NCBI GenBank assembly: GCA_963997415.1
Contig: CAXEMN010000004.1
Coordinates: 2,969 to 66,968, forward strand
Origin: an uncultured Candidatus Poseidoniales archaeon
GTDB taxonomy: Archaea > Thermoplasmatota > Poseidoniia > Poseidoniales > Poseidoniaceae
DNA length: 64,000 nt
Direction of reading: 5' to 3'
Positions 63,347 through 64,000 of this stretch are shown here, one piece after another. How positions within the stretch are numbered: position 1 is the first letter of the stretch; each line of letters begins with the position of its first letter. Under the pieces are notes generated by a model. The model did no database searches. It was not told the origin of the DNA and was given only the letters and a program-made list of their open reading frames with translations. Both the position numbers and the translations under genes were made by a program.

Positions 63347-64000
63347 ATGTCGTCAGACCACGAAGAAGGGCACCTCCCATTGTTGGGTGATGCGAAGAGT
63401 GAACCTTTGCCCCAAAAATTAGTTCATTGGGTTGAGAATTTGCCTGACGACATCAACACCATCATTGATCAAATTGCCAAAGCAGATGGTGGAGTTTGGA
63501 TTGTTGGCGGTGCTGTCCGCGATGCTTTCTTGGGCCTCGGCGACCAAGATATTGACCTTGCAGTGACCCTTACACCTCATGAAATGCTCAAGATTTTTCC
63601 AGATGCATTACCGACTGGAATTGACTATGGTACGCTTACCCTTCGAGGAGAGGGTGGGCGCTTTTACGAGGCAACAACACTGAGAACGGAATCAGAATAC
63701 AACGACGGGCGCCGACCAGAGGTGGTTGATTTTGGCACCTCATTACTTGGGGACTTAGAGCGGCGTGATTTCACATTTAATGCGATGGCGATCGATACGA
63801 GAAGGATGCTGCTCCATGACCCATTCAATGGAAAAATCGACCTTGAGCGAGAACGTGTAAAAGCAGTAGGTCAAGCCTATCAACGCCTCTCTGAAGATGG
63901 ATTACGTATTCTTCGTGCTTACAGATTCCTTGACCGAGCAGATGCAGGGGTCTGGCGCTTTGATCCAGAACTTTCTGAAGCTTTACAACAGCACCGTTCA
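63347..64000 (+). CDS. cca: Class II (bacterial-type) CCA-adding enzyme / poly(A) polymerase family, truncated by window end
   Basis: Translated by hand (absent from the ORF track): VWIVGGAVRD...DIDLA; YEATTLRTE...DGRRP; DLERRDFTFNAMA; EDGLRILRAYRF. Confidence 0.9.
   Translation, partial: MSSDHEEGHLPLLGDAKSEPLPQKLVHWVENLPDDINTIIDQIAKADGGVWIVGGAVRDAFLGLGDQDIDLAVTLTPHEMLKIFPDALPTGIDYGTLTLRGEGGRFYEATTLRTESEYNDGRRPEVVDFGTSLLGDLERRDFTFNAMAIDTRRMLLHDPFNGKIDLERERVKAVGQAYQRLSEDGLRILRAYRFLDRADAGVWRFDPELSEALQQHRS

Overview
A gene-dense archaeal chromosome segment with no sign of a mobile element. Several features point to Thermoplasmatota, most likely Marine Group II / Ca. Poseidoniales; this assignment is inferred and was not checked by a search. 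The archaeal core genes are aIF2-alpha, Nop10, PAC2, ABCE1, L10e, RPA, Hel308, Cgi121, a geranylgeranyl reductase and a class III pilin. The bacterial-type genes are gyrA/gyrB, mutS/mutL and a class II CCA-adding enzyme, and there are large PKD-domain surface peptidases. I find about 48 CDS and one tRNA-Ser(CGA), and see no CRISPR array, integrase or transposase. Best candidates for undescribed biology: (1) a tandem pair of paralogous proteins, each a Cas4/AddB-like Fe-S PD-(D/E)xK nuclease fused to two RPA-like OB folds, downstream of ABCE1; (2) a membrane-anchored Smr-domain protein with intact DxH/GxG motifs; (3) an apparent operon joining RPA1-RPA2, a phage tail-tube-initiator-like orphan and Tad-like pilus machinery, facing a triple-SAP-domain protein; (4) GyrA with a C-terminal EF-hand; (5) MutS with a PCNA PIP box; (6) a catalytically eroded HemC-fold protein; (7) a thymidylate kinase fused to a probable winged helix. 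All family calls are by-eye motif recognition, and start codons were adjusted by hand where the ORF track over-extends.
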